A stretch of DNA of 64,000 nt from an uncultured Negativicutes bacterium (lineage in GTDB: Bacteria; Bacillota; Negativicutes; JBAXTZ01): positions 91,771-155,770 of the forward strand of contig CAVRJL010000015.1 of NCBI GenBank assembly GCA_963721525.1. Direction: 5' to 3'. The notes below the pieces were generated by a model. That model was not told the origin of the DNA, made no database searches, and worked only from the letters and a program-made list of their open reading frames with translations. This document shows, in pieces, positions 33,384 to 45,373 of this stretch (positions are counted from its first letter, which is position 1; every line of letters starts with the position of its first letter). Position numbers and translations under genes: made by a program.

Positions 33384-33660
33384 TAACTTTTGGCGCAATA
33401 AAATATTTTTCATTAGATTGCGGAGCATTATTAAGTGTTTGTTTACGTTCGAGCGACTCTTTAACTTTGTCTTCACGCAACACGTTAAAATTTGGCAACG
33501 GATAAATAAGAGGATTAATATCTTCAGTATTAATATTTTTTATTATTTCAATATAGTCTAAAATAATATTAAAATGAATTTGCATTTTTTTTATAGTTTC
33601 TTCATTTAAACTTAATCGACTTAAAAGTGCTATTTGTTCTATTTCTTCACGCGTTATCAT
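33373..33660 (-). CDS. gatC: Glutamyl-tRNA(Gln) amidotransferase subunit C
   Basis: 95 aa GatC-like protein (MITREEIEQIALLSRLSL...). It is first in the gatCAB operon. Confidence 0.9.
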   Translation of the reverse strand: MITREEIEQIALLSRLSLNEETIKKMQIHFNIILDYIEIIKNINTEDINPLIYPLPNFNVLREDKVKESLERKQTLNNAPQSNEKYFIAPKVIEG

Positions 33661-34163
33661 TTTTCCTCCAGATATTTAGAAAATGGTATAATAATAGCAT
33701 AATAAAGGATTTATTATAATATAATATAAACAACTTTTAACAAGTTTATTTGTAGTTAAGTTTATATCCGTTTAATATATACTATATGCGGTTGAGTATA
33801 ATCCTGTTCATCCTTAATCTGGCTTATTTTTACTTTAGGTCGCACAATTAATTCTTAAACCTAATATTCAATAAAATTATCTATTTAAATGTCTTTTTTG
33901 CTAACCATTTAATTTCTAAGTTTTTGTATCTACTGACTCTATTAACTTTTTTTCAATAGTCAAAATTAGTTTTGATAAAAATAGGTATTTCTAGTAACAT
34001 TTTATGTATATTTGATGGCAAGTATTTATATTAATAACTCTTTTAGCCTATAATAATATTCTTTATTTTTACGACTTTGAAAAGATTAAATTTTATTAAT
34101 TCAATCAATATATTTTATCTTATTATGACAGCAATGAATTAAGTAAAACTTGTAAAGAATATA

Positions 34164-36167
34164 CTATTTGGGAATATTAATTATTATTTTTAAAAATTCC
34201 TGCTCATTAATTGTCTTTATTCCTAGTGTAATAGCCTTTTTCAATTTACTGCCCGGATCATTCCCAACCAATACATAATCTATTTTATTACTGACAGCCG
34301 CGGATATTTTCCCGCCGTTTATTTCTATTAACCGTTTTGCTTCAATCCGTTTTAATGAAGGTAAAGATCCTGTTAATATAAACGTTTTACCTTTTAGAAT
34401 GCTGTCTTGTTTTGAAATATTAGCAGATATTTTTACTCCTGCTTCTTTCAAACGTTTTATAAAATAAAGATTTTGAGCTGAAGAAAAATAATTTTTAATT
34501 GCAGACGCTGTTTTTTTACCAAATTCGCTTACTTTCAGTATATCTTCATAGCTTGCATTTATAATATTATTTATGGAACCAAACTCTATAGCTAAAGTTT
34601 GAGCTGTTTTTTTACCTACTTGTCTTATTCCTAAACCGTATAGAACATTTTCTAGAAAAGCTTTTTTACTTCTATTTATATTTTTTATAAGATTAGATGC
34701 AGATTTTACGCCAAATCGTTTTAAAGTCATTAACTGTTCTTTTTTTAAAGTATATAAATCGGCAGCGTTGGTAATTAGTTTTTCTCGCAATAATAGTTCA
34801 ATATTAGAAGGCCCTAATCCTTCAATATTCATTGCATTTAGAGAAGCAAAATGAATAATCTGTTCCTTTACTTGTGCAGGACATTTTTCATTTACACAAC
34901 GTATAGATACTTCATTTTGTATTGTAATCAGCTTCCCTTTACATATAGGACAAAATTTAGGAAATTGAAATTTTATTTCATTTCCACTCCGCTTTTCAAC
35001 AGATACTTTTACAAGCTTGGGTATAATTTCGCCTGCCTTATGAATTAGAATAAAATCATTTATTCTAACATCATTTTTTTTAATATAAGCACGATTATGA
35101 AGAGAAACCTTGCTGACTAAACTTCCTGCTATCCATACCGGTTTTAATTTAGCCACAGGCGTTATAATTCCCGTTCTTCCCACAAAAATAGTTATATTAA
35201 GTATTTGTGTTTGAACTTGTTCAGGAGAAAATTTATAAGCTAGTGCCCACCGTGGTTCTTTTGCTGTACTACCAAGTATTTTCTGCCATCCAAATCTATT
35301 TATTTTAACAACTATCCCATCAGTTTCATAAGGTAAAATATGTCGTTTATCTTTCCATATATTAATAAAATTAATAATTTGCTCAATATTTGTACAATAG
35401 CTAAAATTAGGATTAACATTAAATCCAAAGTGTCGTAAAACTGCAAGTAGCTTATATTGGGTATTTGCTCTTTTTTCGTCAATATTACTAACAGAATAAA
35501 AAAATGCATCTAATTCTCTATTAGCTGTAATTGTGCTATCTAATTGCCGAAGTGAACCTGCAGCCGCATTTCTAGGATTAGCAAATAGTTGTTCTCCATT
35601 TTCGGCGCGCTCTTTATTTAATTTTACAAAAGCATTTTTCGACATAAAAACTTCCCCGCGTACTTCTATACGTGCTGGAAAATTAACTTTATTTATTTTT
35701 TTTGGTATAGTCTGTATGGTCTTAACATTTTTAGTTACATCTTCGCCATATTCTCCAGTACCACGTGTAGCTGCTCTTCTTAATACACCATTTTCATATA
35801 GTAAATTTATTGATATTCCATCTATTTTTAATTCTGTTACATATTCAATATTTTCTTCTTCTAATAATTTACGGATCCTAACATCGAAATTTCTTAAATC
35901 TTCTTCTGAAAAGACGTTCGCTAAACTTAACATAGGTGTTTCATGCTTAATGTGAACAAATTCTGACAAAACATCTCCACCCACTTTGCTTATCGGAGAA
36001 TCTATAATTTTAAATTGAGGATATTTTTCTTCTAATTTCTTCAATTCTCTCATTAAAGAGTCAAAATAAGTATCATCTATTTCTGGGTTATTTTCTACAT
36101 AGTATTTATATTCATGCCTTTTAATAACTTCTCTTAACTTTTTAATTCTTTCTTCAGGAAACATCAT
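34164..36167 (-). CDS. ligA: NAD-dependent DNA ligase LigA
   Basis: 667 aa with the adenylation motif KIDG (ELKIDGISINLLY), an OB fold, a Zn finger (CPICKG...C...C), HhH and C-terminal BRCT. Confidence 0.95.
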   Translation of the reverse strand: MMFPEERIKKLREVIKRHEYKYYVENNPEIDDTYFDSLMRELKKLEEKYPQFKIIDSPISKVGGDVLSEFVHIKHETPMLSLANVFSEEDLRNFDVRIRKLLEEENIEYVTELKIDGISINLLYENGVLRRAATRGTGEYGEDVTKNVKTIQTIPKKINKVNFPARIEVRGEVFMSKNAFVKLNKERAENGEQLFANPRNAAAGSLRQLDSTITANRELDAFFYSVSNIDEKRANTQYKLLAVLRHFGFNVNPNFSYCTNIEQIINFINIWKDKRHILPYETDGIVVKINRFGWQKILGSTAKEPRWALAYKFSPEQVQTQILNITIFVGRTGIITPVAKLKPVWIAGSLVSKVSLHNRAYIKKNDVRINDFILIHKAGEIIPKLVKVSVEKRSGNEIKFQFPKFCPICKGKLITIQNEVSIRCVNEKCPAQVKEQIIHFASLNAMNIEGLGPSNIELLLREKLITNAADLYTLKKEQLMTLKRFGVKSASNLIKNINRSKKAFLENVLYGLGIRQVGKKTAQTLAIEFGSINNIINASYEDILKVSEFGKKTASAIKNYFSSAQNLYFIKRLKEAGVKISANISKQDSILKGKTFILTGSLPSLKRIEAKRLIEINGGKISAAVSNKIDYVLVGNDPGSKLKKAITLGIKTINEQEFLKIIINIPK

Positions 36168-36282
36168 ATATCCACTCCAAAAATATTACAAAAAACTAGC
36201 CTAATTATTTACTATTACGTTTTTTTCTCTAAAATTGTTTCTTAAAATAAATTTTCAAAAATTAACTATTAACTATAAAAGT

Positions 36283-36555
36283 TTATTTGCTTTTCCAATA
36301 ATTTAAAACAAATATAGTTATCAATATTAAACTTAAAATGGTTGAAATTATCCAAATAATAAAGATTACTTTTAGTAGAACATCATAATAATTATATTCA
36401 TAAATAAAATATGGATAATTCCAAAGTTTATTAAAAAGACATAGTATTAATATACTAAGTAAAACAAGCCATAATCTATTTATACCAGGATAATTTATTT
36501 TCTCTAAAAAATACTTTATCTTATTGTTTTTAATTTTTTCATCTTTTTTATCCAC
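36283..36555 (-). CDS. Small hypothetical membrane protein
   Basis: 90 aa ORF with a Lys-rich N-terminus and two hydrophobic helices. No recognisable family. Confidence 0.35.
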   Translation of the reverse strand: MDKKDEKIKNNKIKYFLEKINYPGINRLWLVLLSILILCLFNKLWNYPYFIYEYNYYDVLLKVIFIIWIISTILSLILITIFVLNYWKSK

Positions 36556-36605
36556 TGAAATTTAACCTCATATAGCAATTTTTACTAACAATTATTTTTT
36601 AACCC

Positions 36606-39536
36606 TTATTTAAGTAATTCTATTAATTCGGAAAATTTTGTTTTACTATTATTTATTTTTTCTCTGCCTCCGATTACGCAATAAATGTTTTTCTCCATAC
36701 AATTTTTTATCATCAGTGATAAACTTCTTATTGTTTTAGGACTAGTACAAAGTAATTGCTCTCTTTCCTCTTTTAAATTCTCATATGTTTTTCCTATAAT
36801 ATAATGGTCAATAGAAGTATTTCCTTTTTGTGGTGCAGTAAGCGGCATATCAACTCTACTTAAAGTTCCTATAATATATTTGAGCATTTCTCTATTAGAA
36901 GGATTAAATTTACTTATAAATTCAAAAGCCTTATCATATATTGCCAATGTGTTGTCCAAGTTAGGGTCTCGATAAGAACTAAAAAACATAACTCCTGTTG
37001 ATTTAAACTCCGCTTTTGCTCCGTAAGCCCCTCCTAAAACTCTTATATTTGTCCAAAGAAAATCATAATTTAAAATAATTTCAAGCACTTTTAATGAACC
37101 TATATATTCGTAGCCTAATTGTGAAAAATTAGCTCCTTTTAAAACATATTGTACTTTACTTGGTATTATAAGTGCTTGATTTTTTACTAAACAATTCAAA
37201 TTATAATCATATGTTACACCCTTGTTAGAATCTAAATTAGAAAGAAATAAAGATAATTTTTCTTTTACTATTTTAATAGTATTATTATCTCCCGTAAAAT
37301 GTATAAGTAAATCATTTTGAGAAAATAACTTTTTACTTACTATTTTTAATTTTTCAATTAGACTTTCAACTTTTTTATCAAAATTATCGTCTAAAGCGCA
37401 AATAAAATTATAAAAAGGATATAGAGATCGTGCTCTATAAACGCCAATTGGATAAATATAAGACAATAAGGTATCTTCGGCTACAATATTTCCTTGTTCC
37501 ATAAAAAATAATTCTAAATCTGCCCTTGTTTCTTTTATTAACTCCATTAATCGCCTTTTGTCATCAAATTTAGAGTTTATTAATATTTCTGCTGTCAGCG
37601 AATAAACTTTTTCTATGTTAGAGGAAAGCGTTTTTATCGATATCACTGTTTTAGGATATATGTTATTTTTATTTTTATAAGCACAATAAAATCCGTTATT
37701 TATGGTCCAATTCCCTGCATAAATATTTAACTCGTTTGATAACTCAATATAACTTCTTTTTTCAGTATTGATTTCTCCTAATAATCTTATCAATAAATTC
37801 ACATAATCAAAGTCTTCAGGTGAAATTGAACTCATATTAAAATAAAAATTTATATAAGCTATATTATTAGTAAAGATTTTTGTATGAGCAATTGTCATAT
37901 CGTTATTTTTTTTTATTTCCAATGGGAACATTTCAGGTAATTTTCGTAAATCTTCAAAATTCAGCAAAGGAATTTTTTTCAAATCTTCTTCTTTATCTAT
38001 ACGATCCTGCCATTTTTTTAATTCTTTTGTTTCTTTAACTAAATTTTTTAATTGAAAATAAATCATAGATTGTTTTTTATATTCAAGTTTAAGCTTGAAT
38101 TTTCTATTATATTCTCCCTCTAATCCTCGTACAGGGATAACAGAAATTAGAGCGGAATGATTATTGTTTAAAAAATACTTATTAATTAATTGTTCAAAAT
38201 AATTTTCTTTTAAACCTTTCCGTAATTTTAATAAATATTGCTCATATTGCAAAGCATTTAAAGGGTTTCCTCCATGCAACCATGTATCCATAGCAGTTAT
38301 ATTGTATATCAAACCTTTAGGATATAGGCCGAAATCCGCTTCTCGTAAACTAAATTCTTTGCGATTTAACACTGCTTCTATAAGTTTTTTATCAATACCC
38401 TTTTTTACTAATTGTTTTAAAGTATCATTAATTATAGATTGAAATTTATGAACATCTTCAATATTAGCATTAACAGCTTTTATTGAAAATACAGGCTGCA
38501 ATATTGATGAGTCAAAGTCGCCGTAAACATCTTGCCCTATATGCGCTTCAAGGAGAGCTAATTTAAGAGGAGAAGCGGCAGTATCGAGTAAAATTGCTTG
38601 AAGTGAACTAAAAGCCATAGTAAGCTCAACATCAAGAATATTGCCTATAACAAAAGACTGAGATAAAAATGTTTTATTAGATAAATCACAATTATTTGCT
38701 ATAGGATATTTAAAAGTTACTTTTTTGGAATTACTAAAACCTTTCTCTATAGGAATATTAGGATATATACCTACTTTTTTATATTTTGAAAAATACTGAT
38801 TCTCTAAATAATTTAAATTTTCTTCAATATCTATATCGCCATACAAATATACATAAGAATTGGCAGGGTGATAATATTTATTGTAGAAATCGAAAAACAT
38901 TTCATAAGTTAAATCAGGAATGTGATCAGGATATCCACCACTTTCCATACCATAAGGAGTAGAGGGAAATAAAGTCTTAAAAATAAATCTATCAACAAGC
39001 CTCTCAGGCGAAGAAAAAACACCTTTCATTTCATTATATACTACACCATTAATTGTTAAATCATTTTTTAAATTTTCTAATTCGTAACGCCAGCCTTCCT
39101 GATAAAAGATATTAGGATTATCTTTTATTTTTGGATTAAATACTGCATCTAAATAAACATCAGTTAAGTTTCGTAAATCTTTAAAATTTTTGCTTGCTAC
39201 AGGGTACATGGTTTTGTCAGGAAAAGTCATAGCATTAACAAAAGTTTTCAATGAACCTTTTACAAGCTCTAAAAAAGGCTCTTTTAAAGGATATTTTTTA
39301 GAACCAGCAAGAACCGAATGCTCAAGAATATGCGCTATCCCTGTATTATCTTTTGCCGGTGTTTTAAAAGAAATAGAAAAAACCTTGTTATCATCATCGT
39401 TTTTTAAAACCAACAATCTTGCACCACTGTTAATATGTTCAAAAATATAAGCATTACTGTTTATTTCTTTAATAAATTGTTTTTCTTTCAATAAAAATTT
39501 ATGATACACTTCATTTATTTCCAAAACAACCTCCAA
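36606..39536 (-). CDS. M16C-family zinc metallopeptidase (PreP/presequence-protease-like insulinase)
   Basis: 976 aa with the inverted zinc-binding motif HILEHSVLAGS and a downstream E. Its length and architecture are typical of M16C. Confidence 0.85.
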   Translation of the reverse strand: MEVVLEINEVYHKFLLKEKQFIKEINSNAYIFEHINSGARLLVLKNDDDNKVFSISFKTPAKDNTGIAHILEHSVLAGSKKYPLKEPFLELVKGSLKTFVNAMTFPDKTMYPVASKNFKDLRNLTDVYLDAVFNPKIKDNPNIFYQEGWRYELENLKNDLTINGVVYNEMKGVFSSPERLVDRFIFKTLFPSTPYGMESGGYPDHIPDLTYEMFFDFYNKYYHPANSYVYLYGDIDIEENLNYLENQYFSKYKKVGIYPNIPIEKGFSNSKKVTFKYPIANNCDLSNKTFLSQSFVIGNILDVELTMAFSSLQAILLDTAASPLKLALLEAHIGQDVYGDFDSSILQPVFSIKAVNANIEDVHKFQSIINDTLKQLVKKGIDKKLIEAVLNRKEFSLREADFGLYPKGLIYNITAMDTWLHGGNPLNALQYEQYLLKLRKGLKENYFEQLINKYFLNNNHSALISVIPVRGLEGEYNRKFKLKLEYKKQSMIYFQLKNLVKETKELKKWQDRIDKEEDLKKIPLLNFEDLRKLPEMFPLEIKKNNDMTIAHTKIFTNNIAYINFYFNMSSISPEDFDYVNLLIRLLGEINTEKRSYIELSNELNIYAGNWTINNGFYCAYKNKNNIYPKTVISIKTLSSNIEKVYSLTAEILINSKFDDKRRLMELIKETRADLELFFMEQGNIVAEDTLLSYIYPIGVYRARSLYPFYNFICALDDNFDKKVESLIEKLKIVSKKLFSQNDLLIHFTGDNNTIKIVKEKLSLFLSNLDSNKGVTYDYNLNCLVKNQALIIPSKVQYVLKGANFSQLGYEYIGSLKVLEIILNYDFLWTNIRVLGGAYGAKAEFKSTGVMFFSSYRDPNLDNTLAIYDKAFEFISKFNPSNREMLKYIIGTLSRVDMPLTAPQKGNTSIDHYIIGKTYENLKEEREQLLCTSPKTIRSLSLMIKNCMEKNIYCVIGGREKINNSKTKFSELIELLK

Positions 39537-39544
39537 ATATTTTT

Positions 39545-40054
39545 CTATTTAACTCTATCTGAGATAAATAAGCATATTATTCCACCTATAATACCAGAAA
39601 AAAACTGTGGCCAACTCATAGTAAAAGTAAGGATAAATACTAAGTTAGTTGGCAAAACAACAAATGATAAAATAAGTTTAGTAAAAATAAATATTATTAG
39701 TGCTTTAATTATGCTTGCACAAAATAATGCTAAAAATTGATTTTTTTGTAATAATTTAAATATAATAATGAGAAAGCTATTACCTAAAAATATTGGAAAA
39801 ATAAAAATGGGTAAAGGTATTTGATATTGCAAGAATGCCATACAAGGCGCTATCAATGCTAATAATATAGAAGCTTTTAAGTTTATTTTATAAGAAGATA
39901 TCAATAAACAAGCATTTACTAATCCACCAATAACAAATGGAGCTATAAACAACGGTATAGGTAAAAAAAATCGTAGCGATTGAAAAATTATAATCAAAAC
40001 TAAAATAAACGCTGTATATACTATTTGTCTTATATATGAAACCCTTACATACAT
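39545..40054 (-). CDS. Hypothetical integral membrane protein (5-6 TM; possibly a transporter substrate-capture component)
   Basis: 169 aa, strongly hydrophobic. No diagnostic motif was recognised. Confidence 0.45.
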   Translation of the reverse strand: MYVRVSYIRQIVYTAFILVLIIIFQSLRFFLPIPLFIAPFVIGGLVNACLLISSYKINLKASILLALIAPCMAFLQYQIPLPIFIFPIFLGNSFLIIIFKLLQKNQFLALFCASIIKALIIFIFTKLILSFVVLPTNLVFILTFTMSWPQFFSGIIGGIICLFISDRVK

Positions 40055-40086
40055 AATACCACCTTATATAATATTCAATAAACTCG

Positions 40087-41886
40087 TCAATCAATTTTAT
40101 TTTGTTTATTTGTATGAATATTATTCGATATCTGATAAGGTTTATCTTGAAAAATTTGTCCATTTTCAATAAATACGGTTATCATTAATTTATCTAAAAT
40201 TAAATTTATATCTTCTTTAGAGAGTAAAATTAAAGGAATTTTATATTTACCCCAAATTTCTAGCACTACGTCGTTTTTTATTGACTTATCCGTTATTATT
40301 GCTCCAGCGACAGCAGTATACCTACTATTTTTCATGCTTAGTGTTTTTATAATTAAAATTTCTCCGTTTTTTAGCTTATTTTGTATATCTTCTTCCTTTT
40401 TACATATACACGATATTCCCGTATACATCTTTTTATCTCCAATTCCAGCACCTTTGAATATATTGTATCTGACTTTTCTTACGCTGATCATATTAGTAGT
40501 TCCTACCTTTCCTACTGGGATGCCGGCAGTTACTACAATATTATCTCCGTTTTTACAAAATTTTTTAGAAATTGCTATACTTATGACGTTAGAGATAATT
40601 TGATCTGTATATTTCCAATTTAAACCTATAAAGGGGTAAACCCCCCAAATTAGTGTCATTTTTCTAAGCTGTTCTTTATGAGGAGTGATAGCTACAATAG
40701 GAGCTTTCGGACGATATTTTGATATTATAAGAGGAGTAGATCCTGTTTCTGTCGGTGAAATAATGGCTTTTGCACCAATTTCTTGTGCTACCTGCACGCT
40801 GGCATGTGATATGGCAGTTGTAACAGCAAGTTCGTAGTTACTTATACCTCTTGCCATTAGCATTTCATTATACTTTAAAGCCGACTCAGTTTTGGTCACA
40901 ATTCTTGTCATTATTTCTACAGACTCCACTGGGTATTTCCCATTAGCTGTTTCTGCACTTAACATAACAGCGTCTGCTCCATCTAAAATAGCGTTGGCAA
41001 CATCACTCGTTTCAGCTCTTGTAGGCCTCGGGTTTGTAATCATTGACTCTAACATTTGTGTAGCAATAATTACTGGTTTCCCACCTGCATTAGCTTCAGA
41101 TACAATCATTTTTTGCAAAATAGGAACATTTTCAGGTGGAATTTCAACTCCTAAATCTCCGCGTGCTACCATAATTGCATCTGCCTCTTTGACAATTTCT
41201 TTAATGTTGTTTACGCCTGCCATATTTTCTATTTTAGCGATAATAAGCATTTTAGAACCTACTTTATTTAACTCACTGCGAATCAAACAAATATCATTTG
41301 CAGATTGAGTAAAAGAAGCAGCAATAAAATCCATTTTTTGCTCAGCGCCAAACAGTAAGTCTTCTATGTCCATTTGAGATAAAGGAGGCAATTTTAAACG
41401 AACACCAGGAACAGCAACACGCTTTCGATTGCTTATTATTCCGCTATTTAATATTTCTGTTATTACTTCCTTATTTTTTACTGTAAGCACTTTTAATTCT
41501 ATTAATCCATCTGCTAATAGAATAATCTCATTTTCTGATACTTCATTATGTAAATTATTATATGTTTGATAGGTTTTTTCTTTATTTCCTACGATTTCTT
41601 CATTTGTAAGAATAAACTTATTCCCCTTGGTTAATTCCGCTTTACCTTTTTCGAAAGAACCTAATCTTACTTCAGGCCCTTTGTTATCTAAAATTAATCC
41701 TATAGGCTTATCTATTTTTTCCTCTACCTCACGTATCAAATAAATTTTTTTTTTATGTTCTTCATATGTCCCATGAGAAAAGTTAAAACGCGCTAAATTC
41801 ATGCCAGTTTTTATCATCTTTTCTATAATTTCTTGTTTTATAGTACTTGGTCCTAGGGTACAAATAATTTTTGTTTTTTTTTCCAT
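40087..41886 (-). CDS. pyk: Pyruvate kinase with a C-terminal PEP-utilizer-like extension
   Basis: The PK barrel and A/C domains are recognisable (MEKKTKIICTLGP..., ...MVARGDLGVEIP...). It runs ~599 aa, about 120 aa beyond canonical PK. Confidence 0.9.
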   Translation of the reverse strand: MEKKTKIICTLGPSTIKQEIIEKMIKTGMNLARFNFSHGTYEEHKKKIYLIREVEEKIDKPIGLILDNKGPEVRLGSFEKGKAELTKGNKFILTNEEIVGNKEKTYQTYNNLHNEVSENEIILLADGLIELKVLTVKNKEVITEILNSGIISNRKRVAVPGVRLKLPPLSQMDIEDLLFGAEQKMDFIAASFTQSANDICLIRSELNKVGSKMLIIAKIENMAGVNNIKEIVKEADAIMVARGDLGVEIPPENVPILQKMIVSEANAGGKPVIIATQMLESMITNPRPTRAETSDVANAILDGADAVMLSAETANGKYPVESVEIMTRIVTKTESALKYNEMLMARGISNYELAVTTAISHASVQVAQEIGAKAIISPTETGSTPLIISKYRPKAPIVAITPHKEQLRKMTLIWGVYPFIGLNWKYTDQIISNVISIAISKKFCKNGDNIVVTAGIPVGKVGTTNMISVRKVRYNIFKGAGIGDKKMYTGISCICKKEEDIQNKLKNGEILIIKTLSMKNSRYTAVAGAIITDKSIKNDVVLEIWGKYKIPLILLSKEDINLILDKLMITVFIENGQIFQDKPYQISNNIHTNKQNKID

Positions 41887-41940
41887 AAAATTCCTCTTTA
41901 TATACCGTTTTTATTACTATTTTTAAAGAAAATTCATTTA

Positions 41941-44900
41941 TTATTCAATTTTAATATTTTTTGCACCAAATACTTTTTTTAATTTATTTATAACATTCTC
42001 AGATAAAAGCAATCCTTTGTTTGTATTAACTTTTATAATTTTATTTGTATCTATTAGATGAATAGATACGGGAGTATTCCCTTTAAATTTTTTAAAAACA
42101 TCAGTTAGTTTATTATAATTTTCTTGTATATCAATATTTCTTATATGAATGTGCGGCCTGTATTCTTCCAAGGAAATAATTTTTGCAGCTATTATTTTAT
42201 TTATATCATTACTATTATTTATTTGTCCTTTTATAAACACAGCCATATTATTCCTCAATAAATAGCAATATTTTTTAAAAATCGCAGGGAAAGCGATAAT
42301 TTCTACATTTGCTGTAAAATCTTCTAATGAACATACAGCCATTAATTTACCTTTTTTAGTAGTTATTTTTTTTATATTAGATAATATTCCTGCGCAAACA
42401 ACAATATTCCTTTCACTAAATTCTTCATTATTTATATTGAAAATATTATCTAAACCACATAATTTATCAGAAAATTTATTTAATGGATGTCCGGATAAAT
42501 AAAATCCCGATGCTTCTTTTTCCATTTTCAATAAATAATCTTCATTATACTCATCAATTAATGGATACTCAAAAGTATATTTTATTTCTTCCTTACTAAA
42601 GAGAGCTATTTGTAAAGAATTATTATCAAGCTGATTTTTTTGAGCATTGCTTATTGCTTGCTCTAATACGGCTATAAGTTGAGCTCTTTTAGTATTGAAT
42701 AAATCCAGAGCGCCGGTATAAATTAAATTTTCAAGCGCTCTTTTATTTACAACTCGCAAATTAACTCTACGTAGAAATTCGTTAAAATCACTAAACTTAC
42801 CATTTTGTTTTCTACTTGATATTATTGAATCTACTGCACTTTCACCAATATTTTTTATAGCGGTAAGACCGAAACGTATACAACTATTTTCTACTATAAA
42901 CTTAGAACAACTATTATTGATATTCGGAGGTAGGATTTTTATTCCATCGCGACGGCAAATCTCTAAATAATAACTCGCACTTTTAGTATCATTTACAACG
43001 TTGCTTAAAAATGCTGCCATATATTCTAATTTATAGTTAGCCTTGAGATAAGCTGTAGTGTAACTTATCATAGCATAAGCAGCACTATGTGATTTATTGA
43101 ACCCATAACCACTGAATTTATCTATTAGGTAGAATACATATTCGGCCATTTTTTTTCATACCCTTTTTTCAAAGCACCAGCAATAAATTTTTCTTTTTGA
43201 GCCGCTAAAACTTCGGATTTTTTTCCCCCCATAGCTCTACGTACAATATCTGCTTGTGTCAGCGAAAATCCTCCCATAATATTAGCTATTTGCATAACTT
43301 GTTCTTGATAAAGTATTATTCCTAACGTTTCTTTCAAAATAGGTTCCAGAGTAGAATGTAAATAATCAATAGGAATTTCGCCTCGTCGTCTTTTTAGAAA
43401 TTCAGTAACCATACCTGATTTTATTGTGGCTGGTCTATGTAATGCCAATATGGGAATAAGGTCATTAAAAAATTTAGGACGAAAATCTCTTATCAGTTTT
43501 GTCATTCCTTCAGATTCTAACTGAAATAAACACTGCGTATTTCCTACACATAGCATTTGCGCAACTTTTTCATCATTTAAAGGAATTCTTTCTATGTCTA
43601 AATTTTTACCATGCATATCTTTTATTATATTCACTGTATCTTGAATTATCGTTAAATTGCGTAATCCAAGCAAATCCATTTTCAATAAACCAATTTCTTC
43701 TATAGAATCTTTATCCAATTGAGTTACTATACCTTTATCTACATTAAGTTGCACAGGTATATAATCTGACAAATCACTTTTTGAGATAACAATACCTGCA
43801 GCATGGACTGGTACATGCCGTGGCATGCCTTCCAATTCTAAAGCTAATTCTATTATTTCCTTTATTTTTTCATTTTTATGGTACAAAATACTTAATTCAC
43901 TAGACTCTTTTAAAGAATCCAATATTGTAATATTAGGTTTTTTGGGTATTACTTTGCAAACTTTATCAATATCTGCAAAAGGAATACCCATAACCCTTGC
44001 TACATCTTTTATTGCTGCTTTAGCAGCCATTGTCCCAAATGTTGCTATTTGTCCTACTTGTTGTTTCCCATACTTATCCACTATATAATCAATTATCTCT
44101 TGCCTACGCACATAACATACATCTGTATCGATATCAGGCATCGTTGATCGTTTAGGGTTTAAAAATCGTTCGAACAGCAACCCGTACTTAATAGGGTCAA
44201 TATTTGTTATTCCAAGTATATACGCTACAATACTACCTGCAGAAGAGCCTCTACCTGGACCTACAGGAATCCTATTTTCGCGTGCGAATTGGATAAAATC
44301 CCACACAATAAGAAAATAATCACAAAACCCCATTTGTTCTATTATTTGCAACTCATTGTTCATTTTTTCTCGTACTAATTCAATAGATACATCTCCGTTT
44401 TTATACCTTTTTTGTAAAAGTTTTTCGCATAATTCTCTTAGAAAATTGCTTGCCTTTTGATGAGATTGCAACGGATAAGCAGGTAAAAATATTTTATTAA
44501 ACTCAATTTCAATATTGCAACGTCGTGCAATTTTACCAGAATTAATTATTGCGTTACGATATTTATCCTCAGGAAATAATTCTTCCATCAATCTTTGTGG
44601 TTTAAACCAAAATTCATTAGTAGCAAATTTGAATCTATGTATATCATTCAATTTACTATTTGTTTGAATGCAAAGTAATATATCGTGAACTTTTGAATGT
44701 GATTGTTCTATATAATGAATATCATTTGTAGCAACAACAGGAGTGTCGGTACGATGAGATAATTCCATTAAAATAGTATTTACTTTTAATTGTTCTTGTA
44801 AATTATGATTTTGCAACTCCAAGAAGAAATTGTCTTCTCCAAATATAATTTTATATTGCTCTATTATCTTTTTAGCATCTTCGAAATTATTTTTAAGAAT

Positions 44901-45338
44901 CGCCTTGGGAATTTCTCCACCCAAACACCCACTTAAAGCAATAATTCCCTCAGAATGCATACCTAGAAGCTGTTTATCAACACGCGGTTTATAGTAAAAA
45001 CCTTCTAAAAAGCTTTTGGATACTAATTTTATAATGTTTTTTAATCCTTTATTATTTTCTGCTAATAAAACCAAATGGCTACCTATGTCATCTTCCCGTC
45101 CTTTTTTATCAAAACGAGATAAACCAGCGACATATACTTCACAGCCAATAATAGGTTTTATTCCTATTTTTATCGCATTTTTGTAAAAATTGATATACCC
45201 ATATAAAGCACCATGATCAGTCAACGCTACTGATTTCATTTTATATTCAGCAGTTTTATTTATTATATTCTTAATGCGTGCCGACCCATCTAATAAACTA
45301 TATTCGCTATGAACATGTAAATGAACAAACTCAGACAT
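41941..45338 (-). CDS. dnaE: DNA polymerase III alpha subunit DnaE, interrupted by a single 1-nt frameshift in a homopolymer
   Basis: The N-terminal 737-aa ORF (PHP and palm/fingers) ends ...KKGYEKKWPNMYST*. The C-terminal 402-aa ORF starts MAEYVF..FSGYGFNKSHSAAYA and resumes the conserved DnaE sequence in the +1 frame. The junction is the T8 run at 43138-43145 (A8 on the coding strand); one extra A restores a continuous ~1139-aa reading frame. Confidence 0.85.
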
Positions 45339-45373
45339 ATTATCCTCGTATAATATAATATATTAAAACCCTG

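Noticed and set aside
40087-40500. Possible loss of the phospho-histidine (TSH) motif in the pyruvate kinase C-terminal PEP-utilizer-like extension
   Set aside because: The extension aligns only loosely (…NSRYTAVAGAIIT…), so I cannot reliably place the motif without a profile alignment. Not reported as a finding.
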